DNA of 37,872 nt, taken from assembly GCA_963976925.1 (NCBI GenBank), contig CAXBMT010000001.1, positions 1 through 37,872 on the forward strand, given 5' to 3'. The notes beneath the pieces were generated by a model. It did not search any database, had not been told where the DNA came from, and worked only from the letters and a program-made list of their open reading frames with translations. Position 1 is the first letter of the stretch. Each line of letters begins with the position of its first letter. This document shows, one piece after another, positions 1-8,682 of the stretch. The DNA is from an uncultured Bdellovibrionales bacterium. GTDB taxonomy: Bacteria > Bdellovibrionota > Bacteriovoracia > Bacteriovoracales > Bacteriovoracaceae. Both the position numbers and the translations under genes were made by a program.

Positions 1-1224
1 GGCCAGGCAACAACTGATCATAACTATTTTAAAGAAAGAGCCGAGCAACTTGAACAAGTTGAAAATATCTTTAACGAAATTGATGGCGATGGCCTTAATA
101 AAGTTTTAAATAAGTTTTACAACTCTTTTAGAGAGCTCGGCAATCAACCTGAAAATGAAACAATACGATCTGTTGTTCGCGATAGTGCCCAACTTGTTTC
201 ACAAGATTTTAAACGTATTCGCGGTAATCTTGATGGGCTTGCTAGGCAGGTTGATAAAAGACTTGAGCAAGAAGTTGAAGAGATTAACCAAGCTTCACAT
301 AATATTGCTGGTTTAAATAAAAAGATCGCTGTCATTGAAGGCCTTGGCGGAGAAACTGGCGACCTTAGAGACCAAAGAGACTTAATAATCCGCAGATTAT
401 CTGAAAGCTTTTCAGTTAATGCTTATATGGATGAGAGAAATAACTTTATTGTTATGGCCAGAAACGTGGGAACCATCGTTTCTGGTACTGAAGTTCAAGA
501 GCTTGCCGTTCGAGGAACATCCAAAGACGATAGCTCGAACAATATGTCCGGCTCAGTCGAAGTCTTCTTTAAGCATAGACCAGCTGTCTCTATGACGGAT
601 AAGTTTAAAGGTGGTCGCTTAACCTCTATGACGAAAGTTAGAAACGAAGAAATCAAAGGCTTTCAAGAAAAAATTGATGATATCGCTTACAACCTAGCGA
701 ATAGTGTCAACGCTATTCACCGTAGAGGGTATGCCAACAGAGAAGCCCAACCTGGCGCAGTTGCTGATTCTAAAGGTCCTCTTACTGGCATAGACTTTTT
801 TAAAACGCCAACGACGAAAGAAAATGCAGCCTTAAATATGGATTTATCAGAGTTAGTAAAAGACGATCTTTCTAATATATCTACGGCACTTGATGCGAAT
901 AGTCCTGGTGACAATAGAATTGCCCTGGCGATCTCTAAACTTCAACATGAAAGAATTATGGATGAGGGAACTTCAACACTTGAAGAGTCTTATCTACAAA
1001 CTATTGGTCGCGTTGGTCTTGAAACGGGTAAAGCAAATTTAGATAGAGAACAGTCTGAAGGAATTTTAGTTCAGGCAAATAATATAAGAGAGAGAATTTC
1101 TGGTGTTAATTTAGATGAGGAGACAGCAAATATGGTTCGCTTTCAGCATGCCTACCAAGCTTCGGCAAAGGTCATGCAAACGGCGCAACAAATGTTTGAT
1201 ACTGTTCTCAACATCAAGAGGTAA
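1..1224 (+). CDS. flgK: flagellar hook-associated protein 1 FlgK, C-terminal part (5' end outside window)
   Basis: Frame 1 is open from nt 1 (GQATTDHNYFKERAEQLEQVENIFNEIDGDGLNKVLNKFYNSF...) and runs into the listed 427..1224 ORF. The C-terminus NLDEETANMVRFQHAYQASAKVMQTAQQMFDTVLNI is the conserved flagellar rod/hook-family C-terminal motif. flgL follows 4 nt later. Confidence 0.88.
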   Translation, partial: GQATTDHNYFKERAEQLEQVENIFNEIDGDGLNKVLNKFYNSFRELGNQPENETIRSVVRDSAQLVSQDFKRIRGNLDGLARQVDKRLEQEVEEINQASHNIAGLNKKIAVIEGLGGETGDLRDQRDLIIRRLSESFSVNAYMDERNNFIVMARNVGTIVSGTEVQELAVRGTSKDDSSNNMSGSVEVFFKHRPAVSMTDKFKGGRLTSMTKVRNEEIKGFQEKIDDIAYNLANSVNAIHRRGYANREAQPGAVADSKGPLTGIDFFKTPTTKENAALNMDLSELVKDDLSNISTALDANSPGDNRIALAISKLQHERIMDEGTSTLEESYLQTIGRVGLETGKANLDREQSEGILVQANNIRERISGVNLDEETANMVRFQHAYQASAKVMQTAQQMFDTVLNIKR

Positions 1225-1228
1225 ATAA

Positions 1229-2260
1229 GTGACGAGGGTATCTGAAAATAGCTCCTCAGCATCGATCAAGTTTGCCTTGAATAAAACCAAGGAAAGACTT
1301 GAAGATCTGCAACTTAAGGGCTCCACCTTAAAGAAGACGACTCGTCCTTCTGATGATCCTATTGGCAATGTTGAATCACTTACGATTTCTTCTCGACGCT
1401 CTGACAATGATCAATATATAAAAAACTCTGACTATGCTCAGCTTCATTTAAGTGTTGCAGAAAAATCAATTGAAGAACTAACTGATATTTTAGTAAAAGC
1501 GAAAGAAATCGCTATCGCTCAATCATCAGATTACTACGACGTTAACACTCGAAAAGCTGTTTCAAATGAAGTTATTCAGTTAAGAAATATGGCGATGTCT
1601 TTGGCCAATAAACGTGTTGGTCAAAAATATATTTTCGGTGGCTATAAAACTTTATCAAAACCTTTTGATAATGATGGTAACTACAGTGGTGATCAGGGAC
1701 GCTCTACCCTAGAAGTTTCTAAAGACTTCTTTATTCCTACTAACCTTCATGGCGCAGAAATATTCTTTGCCAATGGCTCTAAAATTTTTAGACAACCAGA
1801 GCCAATTGAAGACGTAAAAAAAGATAAGACACAGACTGATCCATCTGAAGAAGAAAACCTTATTCAAGGATCAACTAGGCTACCAGCTTCAGATGAAGCA
1901 AAAAATAGTGATGGTTTTGAAAAATCTAGCAATATCTTCAATCATCTAGATAGTTTGATCGTCAGTTTAGAAAATGATGATTCGACGGCAATCCAAAATA
2001 CACTTGAAAAGTTTGATGAAGATATCGACAGACTTGTGACTCTTCGCACAAGAATTGGTTCGGTTATGAACTCGATTGATAGGTCTAGAAATATTCTTGA
2101 ATCTGATAATGTTAGTGCCGCAGAGCGCAGAAGTAAGTTAGTTGATGCTGATGTGGCAGAATTATTTTCAGATATAACTAAGCATCAAAATGTCCTTCAA
2201 ACGTCCTATAAGGCCTCTCAGGCCATGTTAAACCAATCTTTATTGGATTTCCTGCGTTAA
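1229..2260 (+). CDS. flgL: flagellar hook-associated protein 3 FlgL (hook-filament junction protein)
   Basis: 343 aa with a GTG start 4 nt after the flgK stop. It has flagellin-like N-terminal (RVSENSSSASIKFALNKTKERLEDLQ) and C-terminal (DITKHQNVLQTSYKASQAMLNQSLLDFL) helical segments. Its position directly after flgK is canonical. Confidence 0.82.
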   Translation: MTRVSENSSSASIKFALNKTKERLEDLQLKGSTLKKTTRPSDDPIGNVESLTISSRRSDNDQYIKNSDYAQLHLSVAEKSIEELTDILVKAKEIAIAQSSDYYDVNTRKAVSNEVIQLRNMAMSLANKRVGQKYIFGGYKTLSKPFDNDGNYSGDQGRSTLEVSKDFFIPTNLHGAEIFFANGSKIFRQPEPIEDVKKDKTQTDPSEEENLIQGSTRLPASDEAKNSDGFEKSSNIFNHLDSLIVSLENDDSTAIQNTLEKFDEDIDRLVTLRTRIGSVMNSIDRSRNILESDNVSAAERRSKLVDADVAELFSDITKHQNVLQTSYKASQAMLNQSLLDFLR

Positions 2261-2374
2261 GATCTCAATAATCAATAAAAATAATTAATCTTTTTACTTG
2301 CCTTTTGTAGGGGCAGATAATATATCTCGACTCTAAGGATCAGGAAGGTTCCTTCCCTATCTTGAGGTAGAGAT

Positions 2375-2605
2375 ATGTTGGTACTGACAAGGAAGCTCGG
2401 AGAAAGCATTGCAATTGATGATCATATCAAGATCGTTGTGGTGCAAATCAAAGGTAAGCAAGTTCGCTTAGGCATCAAAGCGCCAAAAGAAACCAAAATT
2501 CATCGTGAAGAGGTATATAAGGCCATTCAGGACCAAAATACCGAGGCGTCCCATGCTGATATGGGAAGTATTTCAATTTTAACCGACGAACTTAATAAGA
2601 AGTAA
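2375..2605 (+). CDS. csrA: carbon storage regulator / translational repressor CsrA
   Basis: MLVLTRKLGESIAIDDHIKIVVVQIKGKQVRLGIKAPKETKIHREEVY is a near-consensus CsrA sequence. A GAGG Shine-Dalgarno sits 7 nt upstream of the ATG. The 76-aa length with a C-terminal tail is typical of FliW-partnered CsrA. Confidence 0.95.
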   Translation: MLVLTRKLGESIAIDDHIKIVVVQIKGKQVRLGIKAPKETKIHREEVYKAIQDQNTEASHADMGSISILTDELNKK

Positions 2606-2689
2606 ATTCCTGCTTGCAGCATTGCCCCTACGACTGCTAAAATTTAGGAGCAGAATCGTTTATGCGGTTCAACATTGCTGGAGGCAGTC

Positions 2690-3265
2690 GTGAAAATTAA
2701 GACAACCAGATTCGGTGAACTTGAAGTTGATAAAAAAGATATTATCAATTTTAAAGAAGGCCTTCTCGGATTCGATACACTAACAAAGTTTTTTGTAGTC
2801 GACCCGGGCGATCAAACTTTAATTCTTTGGCTTCAATCTGTTGAAGATGCATCAACTGCATTTCCAATGATTGAACCTAAAATCTTTCAAGCGGATTACT
2901 CAGTTAAACTTTTACCTGCAGAGCTAAATAGCTTAGAGCTTGAAAGTTTAAATGAAGCAAGCGTTTATACGATTTTAACAATCCCACAAACTGTGACTGA
3001 AATGTCTGCAAACTTAAAGGCTCCTATTATTATTAATAATAAGACTAAGATTGCACGTCAGATCGTTTTACAAGACAGTAAGCTTGAAGTGCGTTTCCAA
3101 ATGTACAAAGAGCTTAAACGTCATATTGTAAACTATGCATCTGATGACACTAGAAGAGTTCGCGGACAAGAGAATGTTATTGTTGCTAACGAAACAGCTA
3201 CAAATAACGCCGCGATTACTTCTGAAAAAGAAACAGCAGCAAAGATTAATAATCCTGAAGCTTAA
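2690..3265 (+). CDS. fliW: flagellar assembly factor FliW (CsrA antagonist)
   Basis: VKIKTTRFGELEVDKKDIINFKEGLLGFDTLTKFFVVDPGDQTLILWLQSVED is the characteristic FliW N-terminus. I prefer the GTG at 2690, which has GGAGG 5 nt upstream at 2680-2684, over the track's TTG at 2675. There is a roughly 40-aa non-conserved C-terminal tail. Confidence 0.88.
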   Translation: MKIKTTRFGELEVDKKDIINFKEGLLGFDTLTKFFVVDPGDQTLILWLQSVEDASTAFPMIEPKIFQADYSVKLLPAELNSLELESLNEASVYTILTIPQTVTEMSANLKAPIIINNKTKIARQIVLQDSKLEVRFQMYKELKRHIVNYASDDTRRVRGQENVIVANETATNNAAITSEKETAAKINNPEA

Positions 3266-3286
3266 TTCTTTTTAAAAAAGTTGATC

Positions 3287-3317
3287 AAAAAAAAGCCCTC
3301 AAACGAGGGCTTTTTTT
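3287..3317. terminator. bidirectional rho-independent terminator shared by fliW (+) and the TPR gene (-)
   Basis: A8 tract, stem GCCCTC (3295-3300), loop AAAC, stem GAGGGC (3305-3310), then a T7 tract. It lies between two convergent genes. Confidence 0.7.
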
Positions 3318-4062
3318 ATATTCTTGTTTCTGTCGCTGTTCGGGATAGATTCAGATACATCGCCGCTTCAGAATTTTGCGGATCCTTAGCAAGAACTCTC
3401 TCCCACTCAGACTGAGCTTCAAGAATTTGTCCTGCCCCATAATAAAGAACACCTAAAGCTACACGGGCTTCCATATAGTTTGGCTCTTCATTCTTTAATC
3501 TTTTTAACTCATCAAAGGCCTTGGCCATAAAGTTTTTCTTGGCATAGACCTTAGCAATATTCACACGCACGTTCAGAAGAGTTGGATCTAAGGCAATGAC
3601 CTTATTGTACTCAAAGAGTGCTTCATCATAACGGTTGTAAGACATATACATTTCAGCAATTTCAAGATGCTTACCCGCAAACTTTTTATTAACATGGGTA
3701 TCTTCAACGCCACCGCTTGCGCCTTGAGCTTTTACTCTTTCATTTGCTTGAACAAACACTTTCTTTGCGGATTCATAGTGACCGATATCATTATATAAAA
3801 CCGATAGACTGATTGAAGCATCAGTATGAGAAGGCTCAAGCTCAATAACTTTGTTAAAAGCTTTGATCGCTTTTCCGATTTCACCTTGATGATGAAAAAT
3901 ATTACCCATTTGGAAGTAACACTCTACAAGTGTGTCTCTGTCATTAACAGGGTCTGCGCCTTCAAGTAATTCATTATAAATAATAGAGGCTCTCTTAAGA
4001 TCTCCTCTATCAAAACAGTTACGGCCTTTAGATAAAAGTTCACTTCTATCAATTTCAATCAC
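3316..4062 (-). CDS. tetratricopeptide (TPR) repeat protein
   Basis: 248 aa with repeated TPR-like A/Y/F-spaced helices (e.g. AIKAFNKVIELEPSHTDA, ALFEYNKVIALDPTLLNV, AQSEWERVLAKDPQNSEA). GTG start with AGGAG upstream overlapping the bamD stop. Confidence 0.7.
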   Translation of the reverse strand: MIEIDRSELLSKGRNCFDRGDLKRASIIYNELLEGADPVNDRDTLVECYFQMGNIFHHQGEIGKAIKAFNKVIELEPSHTDASISLSVLYNDIGHYESAKKVFVQANERVKAQGASGGVEDTHVNKKFAGKHLEIAEMYMSYNRYDEALFEYNKVIALDPTLLNVRVNIAKVYAKKNFMAKAFDELKRLKNEEPNYMEARVALGVLYYGAGQILEAQSEWERVLAKDPQNSEAAMYLNLSRTATETRI

Positions 4063-4071
4063 AAAGAGCTC

Positions 4072-4818
4072 CTAGAGTTCATTGCAAGCTTTAAAAGCCT
4101 TGCTTAAGCGTTCACGTCCAGATTGATCAAGACGAGATTGATACATTTTATAATAACTATTACACGCAGATTTATCTGCTAATTTTTCACTACTTCTAAT
4201 CACTCTGACAGCTGCATGCTCAACCAATTTGGGATCATTAAAAGTCTTTAGAATATCAAGGTAGCGGTATCTAGCTGGTCCCCATTCTTCAGTTTTAAAG
4301 TAAAAGTCGGCAACATATTGTTCTTTATCTTGAAGCATCTGTTTGCACTTAGCGATTTTTTCATTTGAGTTTTGAATATATTCTGATCTAGGAAATACTC
4401 TTACTAGTTCTTGGTAATACTTAATAGCTTCGTTTGCCGAGGAGAGGTCACGATCAAATGATTCTGGTAATTGATTATAAAAACTTTCAGCGATCTTCCA
4501 TAGAACGTAGTCACTCTTTTCATGCTTTGGGTGAAAATCTCTAAACAGAATATAAGAGGCTGCTGCTTCAGTGTAGTTTTCTTGTTTAAACTGTACGTCA
4601 GCAAGTAGTAGTTCTGCATGTGTAGCGTAGAAGCTGTAGGGATACTTAGATCTTAATGTATTAAGTTTTTCTGTAGCTAAAAGATATCGCCCTTCTTCAA
4701 CTAGGGATTGAGCTTCTTTAAAGACAACCTCTGCTTCAGTTTCACCTTGAGGTCTTGGAGTTGAACAACTAACCAAGATGGCGAAAGCAGCTATAAGAAT
4801 GGTGTTTAAATATTTCAT
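4072..4818 (-). CDS. bamD: outer membrane protein assembly factor BamD (YfiO-like lipoprotein)
   Basis: Lipoprotein signal MKYLNTILIAAFAILVSC. About 245 aa with TPR-like helices. YPYSFYATHAELLLADVQFKQENYTEAAASYILFRDFHPKHEKSDYVLWKIAESFY matches the BamD pattern from memory. Confidence 0.72.
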   Translation of the reverse strand: MKYLNTILIAAFAILVSCSTPRPQGETEAEVVFKEAQSLVEEGRYLLATEKLNTLRSKYPYSFYATHAELLLADVQFKQENYTEAAASYILFRDFHPKHEKSDYVLWKIAESFYNQLPESFDRDLSSANEAIKYYQELVRVFPRSEYIQNSNEKIAKCKQMLQDKEQYVADFYFKTEEWGPARYRYLDILKTFNDPKLVEHAAVRVIRSSEKLADKSACNSYYKMYQSRLDQSGRERLSKAFKACNEL

Positions 4819-4862
4819 GGTTCCTCAGTTTTACTAAGTTTACCATTTTTGAAAATGACGCG

Positions 4863-5930
4863 TCAAAAAGAACTATTATTTCTTCTGGCGTATATGGCCT
4901 GATAAATCTCCAAAATAATAAGCTTTAGCGCAGCGGCCAATGGAATACTTATTACCATTCCAAGAACTCCTAATGACTGAGAGCCCAAGATAACCGATAC
5001 AACAACAACTAGCGGATGAAGGTCGACAATTCTAGAGACTAGTATCGGAAAGACTATTGCAATATCTATGGCATTTGCTACAGCATAAAGAATTGCAATA
5101 GCAGCGAAGGTTCCGCCTGCGCCGTAATCGGCGAGAGCATAAATCAGCGCTGGGATCGCGCCAAAAACAGGACCAACATAGGGGATAATATTTGTTACGC
5201 CGGCGACCAGACCAAGTAAGAACGAAAAGCGAATGTCTAAGAACCATAAGCCAGCAGTAATAATGACAAAGATAATCGATGCTTCGACGAACTTAGCAAA
5301 AATATAACCACCAATTTTTTTGCCAAACTCGTGAGTCAGTGAATAAAAGCGTTCAAACAAACTATTTGGACAAATATTTAGCAGTATATCTCTAAAGACT
5401 ATCCCATCTTTTAGAATGAAAAAGGTGAACAGCGGAACGAGAAAAACCCATTCCAGTAAAGCCGCTAAGAGCTTCGGGAGGGCTAAAATAGAATTGGTAA
5501 TGTACTTGTTCGAATTCTCTAAAAATTCATATAGGTAAGCATCATTTAAGTCATAGCCTGTTTTGTCTTTAAGCTCTGTTTTAAAAACAACATATCTATT
5601 TGTAATATAACTTTCGACTTTTGGTATGTAGTACTGAAGATTTCTGGCTTCATCACTTATAAGTGGCACCGCTTTTGTAATCGGCCAGGCGGAGACTCCA
5701 ATCAGGCCTAAAAGCAAAGTAATTATTGCAAGGGTTCGAGGAATTCCAAGTCTCATTAAGACTGGAACTCCAGGTCGAATCATAAGACTAATAACATAAG
5801 CGAGTAAAAGGGGTGCAGAGACTCTTGGGACACTCGCTAAGGCTAAAACCATCACGGCCAAGACGGTAAAGAAAAATACTGTTCTAGCTATTTCACGGTG
5901 TCTCCACTTTGCTAAACGCTTTTCAATCAC
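4863..5930 (-). CDS. AI-2E family transporter (PerM/YhhT-like, UPF0118) membrane protein
   Basis: 355 aa, polytopic. The motif NIIPYVGPVFGAIPA and overall hydrophobic architecture are typical of the family. The GTG start overlaps the upstream gene's stop (GTGA). Confidence 0.78.
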   Translation of the reverse strand: MIEKRLAKWRHREIARTVFFFTVLAVMVLALASVPRVSAPLLLAYVISLMIRPGVPVLMRLGIPRTLAIITLLLGLIGVSAWPITKAVPLISDEARNLQYYIPKVESYITNRYVVFKTELKDKTGYDLNDAYLYEFLENSNKYITNSILALPKLLAALLEWVFLVPLFTFFILKDGIVFRDILLNICPNSLFERFYSLTHEFGKKIGGYIFAKFVEASIIFVIITAGLWFLDIRFSFLLGLVAGVTNIIPYVGPVFGAIPALIYALADYGAGGTFAAIAILYAVANAIDIAIVFPILVSRIVDLHPLVVVVSVILGSQSLGVLGMVISIPLAAALKLIILEIYQAIYARRNNSSF

Positions 5931-6559
5931 GATTGAGCCTTTTCAAGGTTCGCAACTTTAAATTTAAGTTCTCTAACTTCTCTTGAAAGCGAGTAAAAAC
6001 GATTTGCAATAATTTGTGAAACTGACTGAAGAAGTTTTGCCGCAATAACTGGGTATTGAAGAATTAACTGATCAACGTCTGGCTTAAAAAGTCCAAGGAG
6101 TTCACAGCCTTGTCTTGAGACAGCAGAAGCATTTCGTACACTATGCTCTTGCAGTAGAGATAGCTCACCAAAGTATTCACCGCTTTCAAGTGTTAAAATT
6201 CTAGTAACATCTTGATCATTATTAACATCTGCACTTTCTTCCTCTCGAACGTTGACCATGATATCGACATGACCTGCGTATAAAAGATAAAAGCCAAAAC
6301 CCACATCGTTTTGTCTAAAGATAACCTCTCCGTCTCCAAATGATCTATGATGCATATGTTTCGACAGAATTCTTAGTTCATTATCAGTAAAGTTACCAAG
6401 AACGGGTATCGAGCGCATAAACTTAGGGATATTCTTACCTGAGCTTAATCTAGGGTTGGATAGCCAAAAATATTTTAGCGTTGAAATATTAACGGTATCA
6501 GCTGAATCCTCTCCATTTAATATTTTATCCCTGCGCTCTGATTCATAACTACCGGCCAT
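5927..6559 (-). CDS. cyclic nucleotide-binding domain protein (no recognisable DNA-binding domain)
   Basis: The phosphate-binding cassette GEYFGELSLLQEHSVRNASAVS retains the ribose-contacting Glu and phosphate-contacting Arg. The beta-barrel segment is GDGEVIFRQNDVGFGFYLLYAGHVDI. The C-terminus is a short helical tail, not a Crp-type HTH. Confidence 0.85.
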   Translation of the reverse strand: MAGSYESERRDKILNGEDSADTVNISTLKYFWLSNPRLSSGKNIPKFMRSIPVLGNFTDNELRILSKHMHHRSFGDGEVIFRQNDVGFGFYLLYAGHVDIMVNVREEESADVNNDQDVTRILTLESGEYFGELSLLQEHSVRNASAVSRQGCELLGLFKPDVDQLILQYPVIAAKLLQSVSQIIANRFYSLSREVRELKFKVANLEKAQS

Positions 6560-7257
6560 TATAATCTCCCTAAAAAACCTAAGTTTTGATTCTCAACCCA
6601 TCCACTTAAAAACTTAGGTGAGACGATAAGTGACCATCCATCTTTATTTTTATCAATTATAATTTTTTCTCCGGCCCTAATCGTCTTTGGCGAAGAGAAT
6701 ACTGCAGATGGACCTTCATAAAGTGGAGTTTCACTTAATACGATTGCGGCGACCTGAGGTTGAAAGTGTCCCCAATATAAGCCTTGTGGGATTAATGCTG
6801 CCAGCCATAACGTGATAACTAAAAAACGACTACCATGCTTCCATTTAAAACGAAGATTCCAAATTGCTATCGCTAAAAAGAGTAATGATATCGCTGCCCA
6901 AAACTCAAAGGGTAAGAGTGAAACAGTTTCGTAGGATCTCTCAAAGAAGTTCATTGAGTAGTGACTCATTATTCCGAGCTTACCTAATACATATTCGAGA
7001 TTATGATGAATCGTTTGTCCGGAAGCGCCCTTACTAAGAGCCATTTCAAAATGATAGCGAGCTGCTGCATAGTGGTCTAATTTCATATGAAATGAACCAA
7101 GAAGTTCATGAAACTGAGCTTGATTAAATTGACTCTTTGATTCAATTAATAGGTCAACTCCCTCTTGAAAACTTTTTTCAGTATAGAGTTGTTGTAATTT
7201 CTGAAGCAGTGCACTTATTGAGTTTTCTGACATAGAAGTATTATCGTCGCCAGTCAT
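6559..7257 (-). CDS. membrane protein with N-terminal TPR-like region, two TM helices and a C-terminal SH3b-like domain (BatE-like architecture)
   Basis: TPR-like AARYHFEMALSKGASGQTIHHNLEYVLGKLG. Hydrophobic segments LLPFEFWAAISLLFLAIAIW and FLVITLWLAALIPQGLYW. The C-terminus TPLYEGPSAVFSSPKTIRAGEKIIIDKNKDGWSLIV..LSGWVENQNL resembles bacterial SH3. Confidence 0.5.
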   Translation of the reverse strand: MTGDDNTSMSENSISALLQKLQQLYTEKSFQEGVDLLIESKSQFNQAQFHELLGSFHMKLDHYAAARYHFEMALSKGASGQTIHHNLEYVLGKLGIMSHYSMNFFERSYETVSLLPFEFWAAISLLFLAIAIWNLRFKWKHGSRFLVITLWLAALIPQGLYWGHFQPQVAAIVLSETPLYEGPSAVFSSPKTIRAGEKIIIDKNKDGWSLIVSPKFLSGWVENQNLGFLGRL

Positions 7258-7326
7258 ATCTGTGGCAAGGGAGAACTTTCTTAGGGGTGATATCTAGGGT
7301 ATGTTTTATGGGGAAAAGGAGCATCA

Positions 7327-8682
7327 GTGATCTGGGGCGTAAGCAACCAAACCATTCAGGAATTAGAGGATAAATTATTCTCTGAAATTCTCATTGAGCA
7401 ACGTCAAATACGGGCGCTCAAAGCTGCAGACCAAGATAAGATCGAACAGTCTGATCAACTCGCAAAGTCCTTAACCAGCTTAAGAGGCACAGACTTTACT
7501 CTTCCTTCATTATTTAGTGGTAAGGGCCATGGTCCCTTTGTTGAACTCATAGACGGATCTGTTAAATTTGATTTGATTGGTGGGATTGGTCCCTATATTT
7601 TAGGTCACTCTCATCCATTACAAATCAGATCATTTCTAAGTGCGGCAAAAGGTAATATATTAAACTCAACCAACTTTTTACCCTCACATCTTTCAGTAAC
7701 ATTGAGTCAGCAATTAATTAATTCAACTGGAAACTCTTCATTAGATAATTGTTGGTTTTGTGGGTCAGGCAGTATGGCAAACGATAGCGCCATGAGACTT
7801 CTTTGGTCGAAGCGCGCACCTAGAAAACGAGTTCTCGCTTTTGAAAATTCGTTTGCAGGTAGAAGTTTAGTCATGCAATCAATAACCCAAGGCGACTCGG
7901 ATACAAAAGACCTACAGATAGACTATATTACATTTCCTAAAGATGAGGCTTCACTGAAAAGATCTTTAGCAGAAACTAAAGAGCTTTTAACAAAACATCC
8001 GGATGATTATTTAACATTTTATGGCGAGCTGGTTCAAGGCGAAGCTGGCATCAATCTTCCATTTAAAGATTCACTATCAGTAATTTTTAAGGAAGTTAAA
8101 AGCGCTGATATTCCTATTTGGGTTGATGAAGTTCAAACTTTTGCCCGGACGACCAAACTCTTTGCTTTTCAAACCTTTGGCGTTGGCGAACATGTTGATG
8201 TTTGCACTATAGGTAAAGCCTTTAATCTTTCAGCTGTTCTTTATAATTCAAAGTTTTCCTTACCAAGTGGACTTGGCGGAACCTTTCAAGGAAATATTTC
8301 TTCCTTAATATTTGCCATTGATCTTTTAAAACTTTTTGAATCTGGACAGTTTTTTCATGAACAAGGCCGCGCGATAACGCTAGGTGAAGAGCTTAGAGAA
8401 ATGTTTAAACAGATTGTAGCTTCAACTAAAGCTATGAACCTTGAGTGCAGTGCTCATGGAATTGGTCTTATGTGGGCATTCAAGGTCTCCGGTACAAATA
8501 ACTGCCTGATCGATGACTTCATGAAAAGTCTTTATCAAAATGGCATTATAGTTTGGAATGCAGGTCGAAAAGAGCGATGTATTCGGATGCTTTTTCCTTA
8601 TACGATATCATCTGACCATCAAGAATCTATTAAGGGTATTTTTATTAACACTTTATCCCAACTTAAGGCTTCGGAGAAATAA
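7327..8682 (+). CDS. class III (PLP-dependent) aminotransferase, AstC/ArgD-like, divergent
   Basis: Contains GSGSMANDSAMRL, FENSFAGRS, WVDEVQTFARTTKLFAFQ and TIGKAF (putative PLP lysine). GTG start with AAGGAG upstream. Stop overlaps the astA start (TAATG). Confidence 0.72.
   Translation: MIWGVSNQTIQELEDKLFSEILIEQRQIRALKAADQDKIEQSDQLAKSLTSLRGTDFTLPSLFSGKGHGPFVELIDGSVKFDLIGGIGPYILGHSHPLQIRSFLSAAKGNILNSTNFLPSHLSVTLSQQLINSTGNSSLDNCWFCGSGSMANDSAMRLLWSKRAPRKRVLAFENSFAGRSLVMQSITQGDSDTKDLQIDYITFPKDEASLKRSLAETKELLTKHPDDYLTFYGELVQGEAGINLPFKDSLSVIFKEVKSADIPIWVDEVQTFARTTKLFAFQTFGVGEHVDVCTIGKAFNLSAVLYNSKFSLPSGLGGTFQGNISSLIFAIDLLKLFESGQFFHEQGRAITLGEELREMFKQIVASTKAMNLECSAHGIGLMWAFKVSGTNNCLIDDFMKSLYQNGIIVWNAGRKERCIRMLFPYTISSDHQESIKGIFINTLSQLKASEK

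Noticed and set aside
2291-2320. A sigma28 (FliA) promoter upstream of csrA, suggested by GCAGATAA at 2313-2320 (consensus GCCGATAA).
   Set aside because: The expected TAAA -35 element at the correct 15-nt spacing reads TTAC. A single half-site match in AT-rich DNA is not enough.
2662-2700. A 12-codon upstream ORF (MRFNIAGGSREN) with AGGAG 11 nt upstream, overlapping the fliW start.
   Set aside because: It is very short, the SD spacing is long, and there is nothing to support translation. It is most likely a chance ORF in the csrA-fliW spacer.
5664-5679. Sigma54-like promoter strings: TGGCAC-N5-TTGT at 5664-5679, and TGGCAC at 12422-12427.
   Set aside because: Both lie inside coding regions and the -12 element does not match TTGC. 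The first is also on the strand opposite the gene it lies in. I found no convincing TGGCAC-N5-TTGC in any intergenic region of the window.
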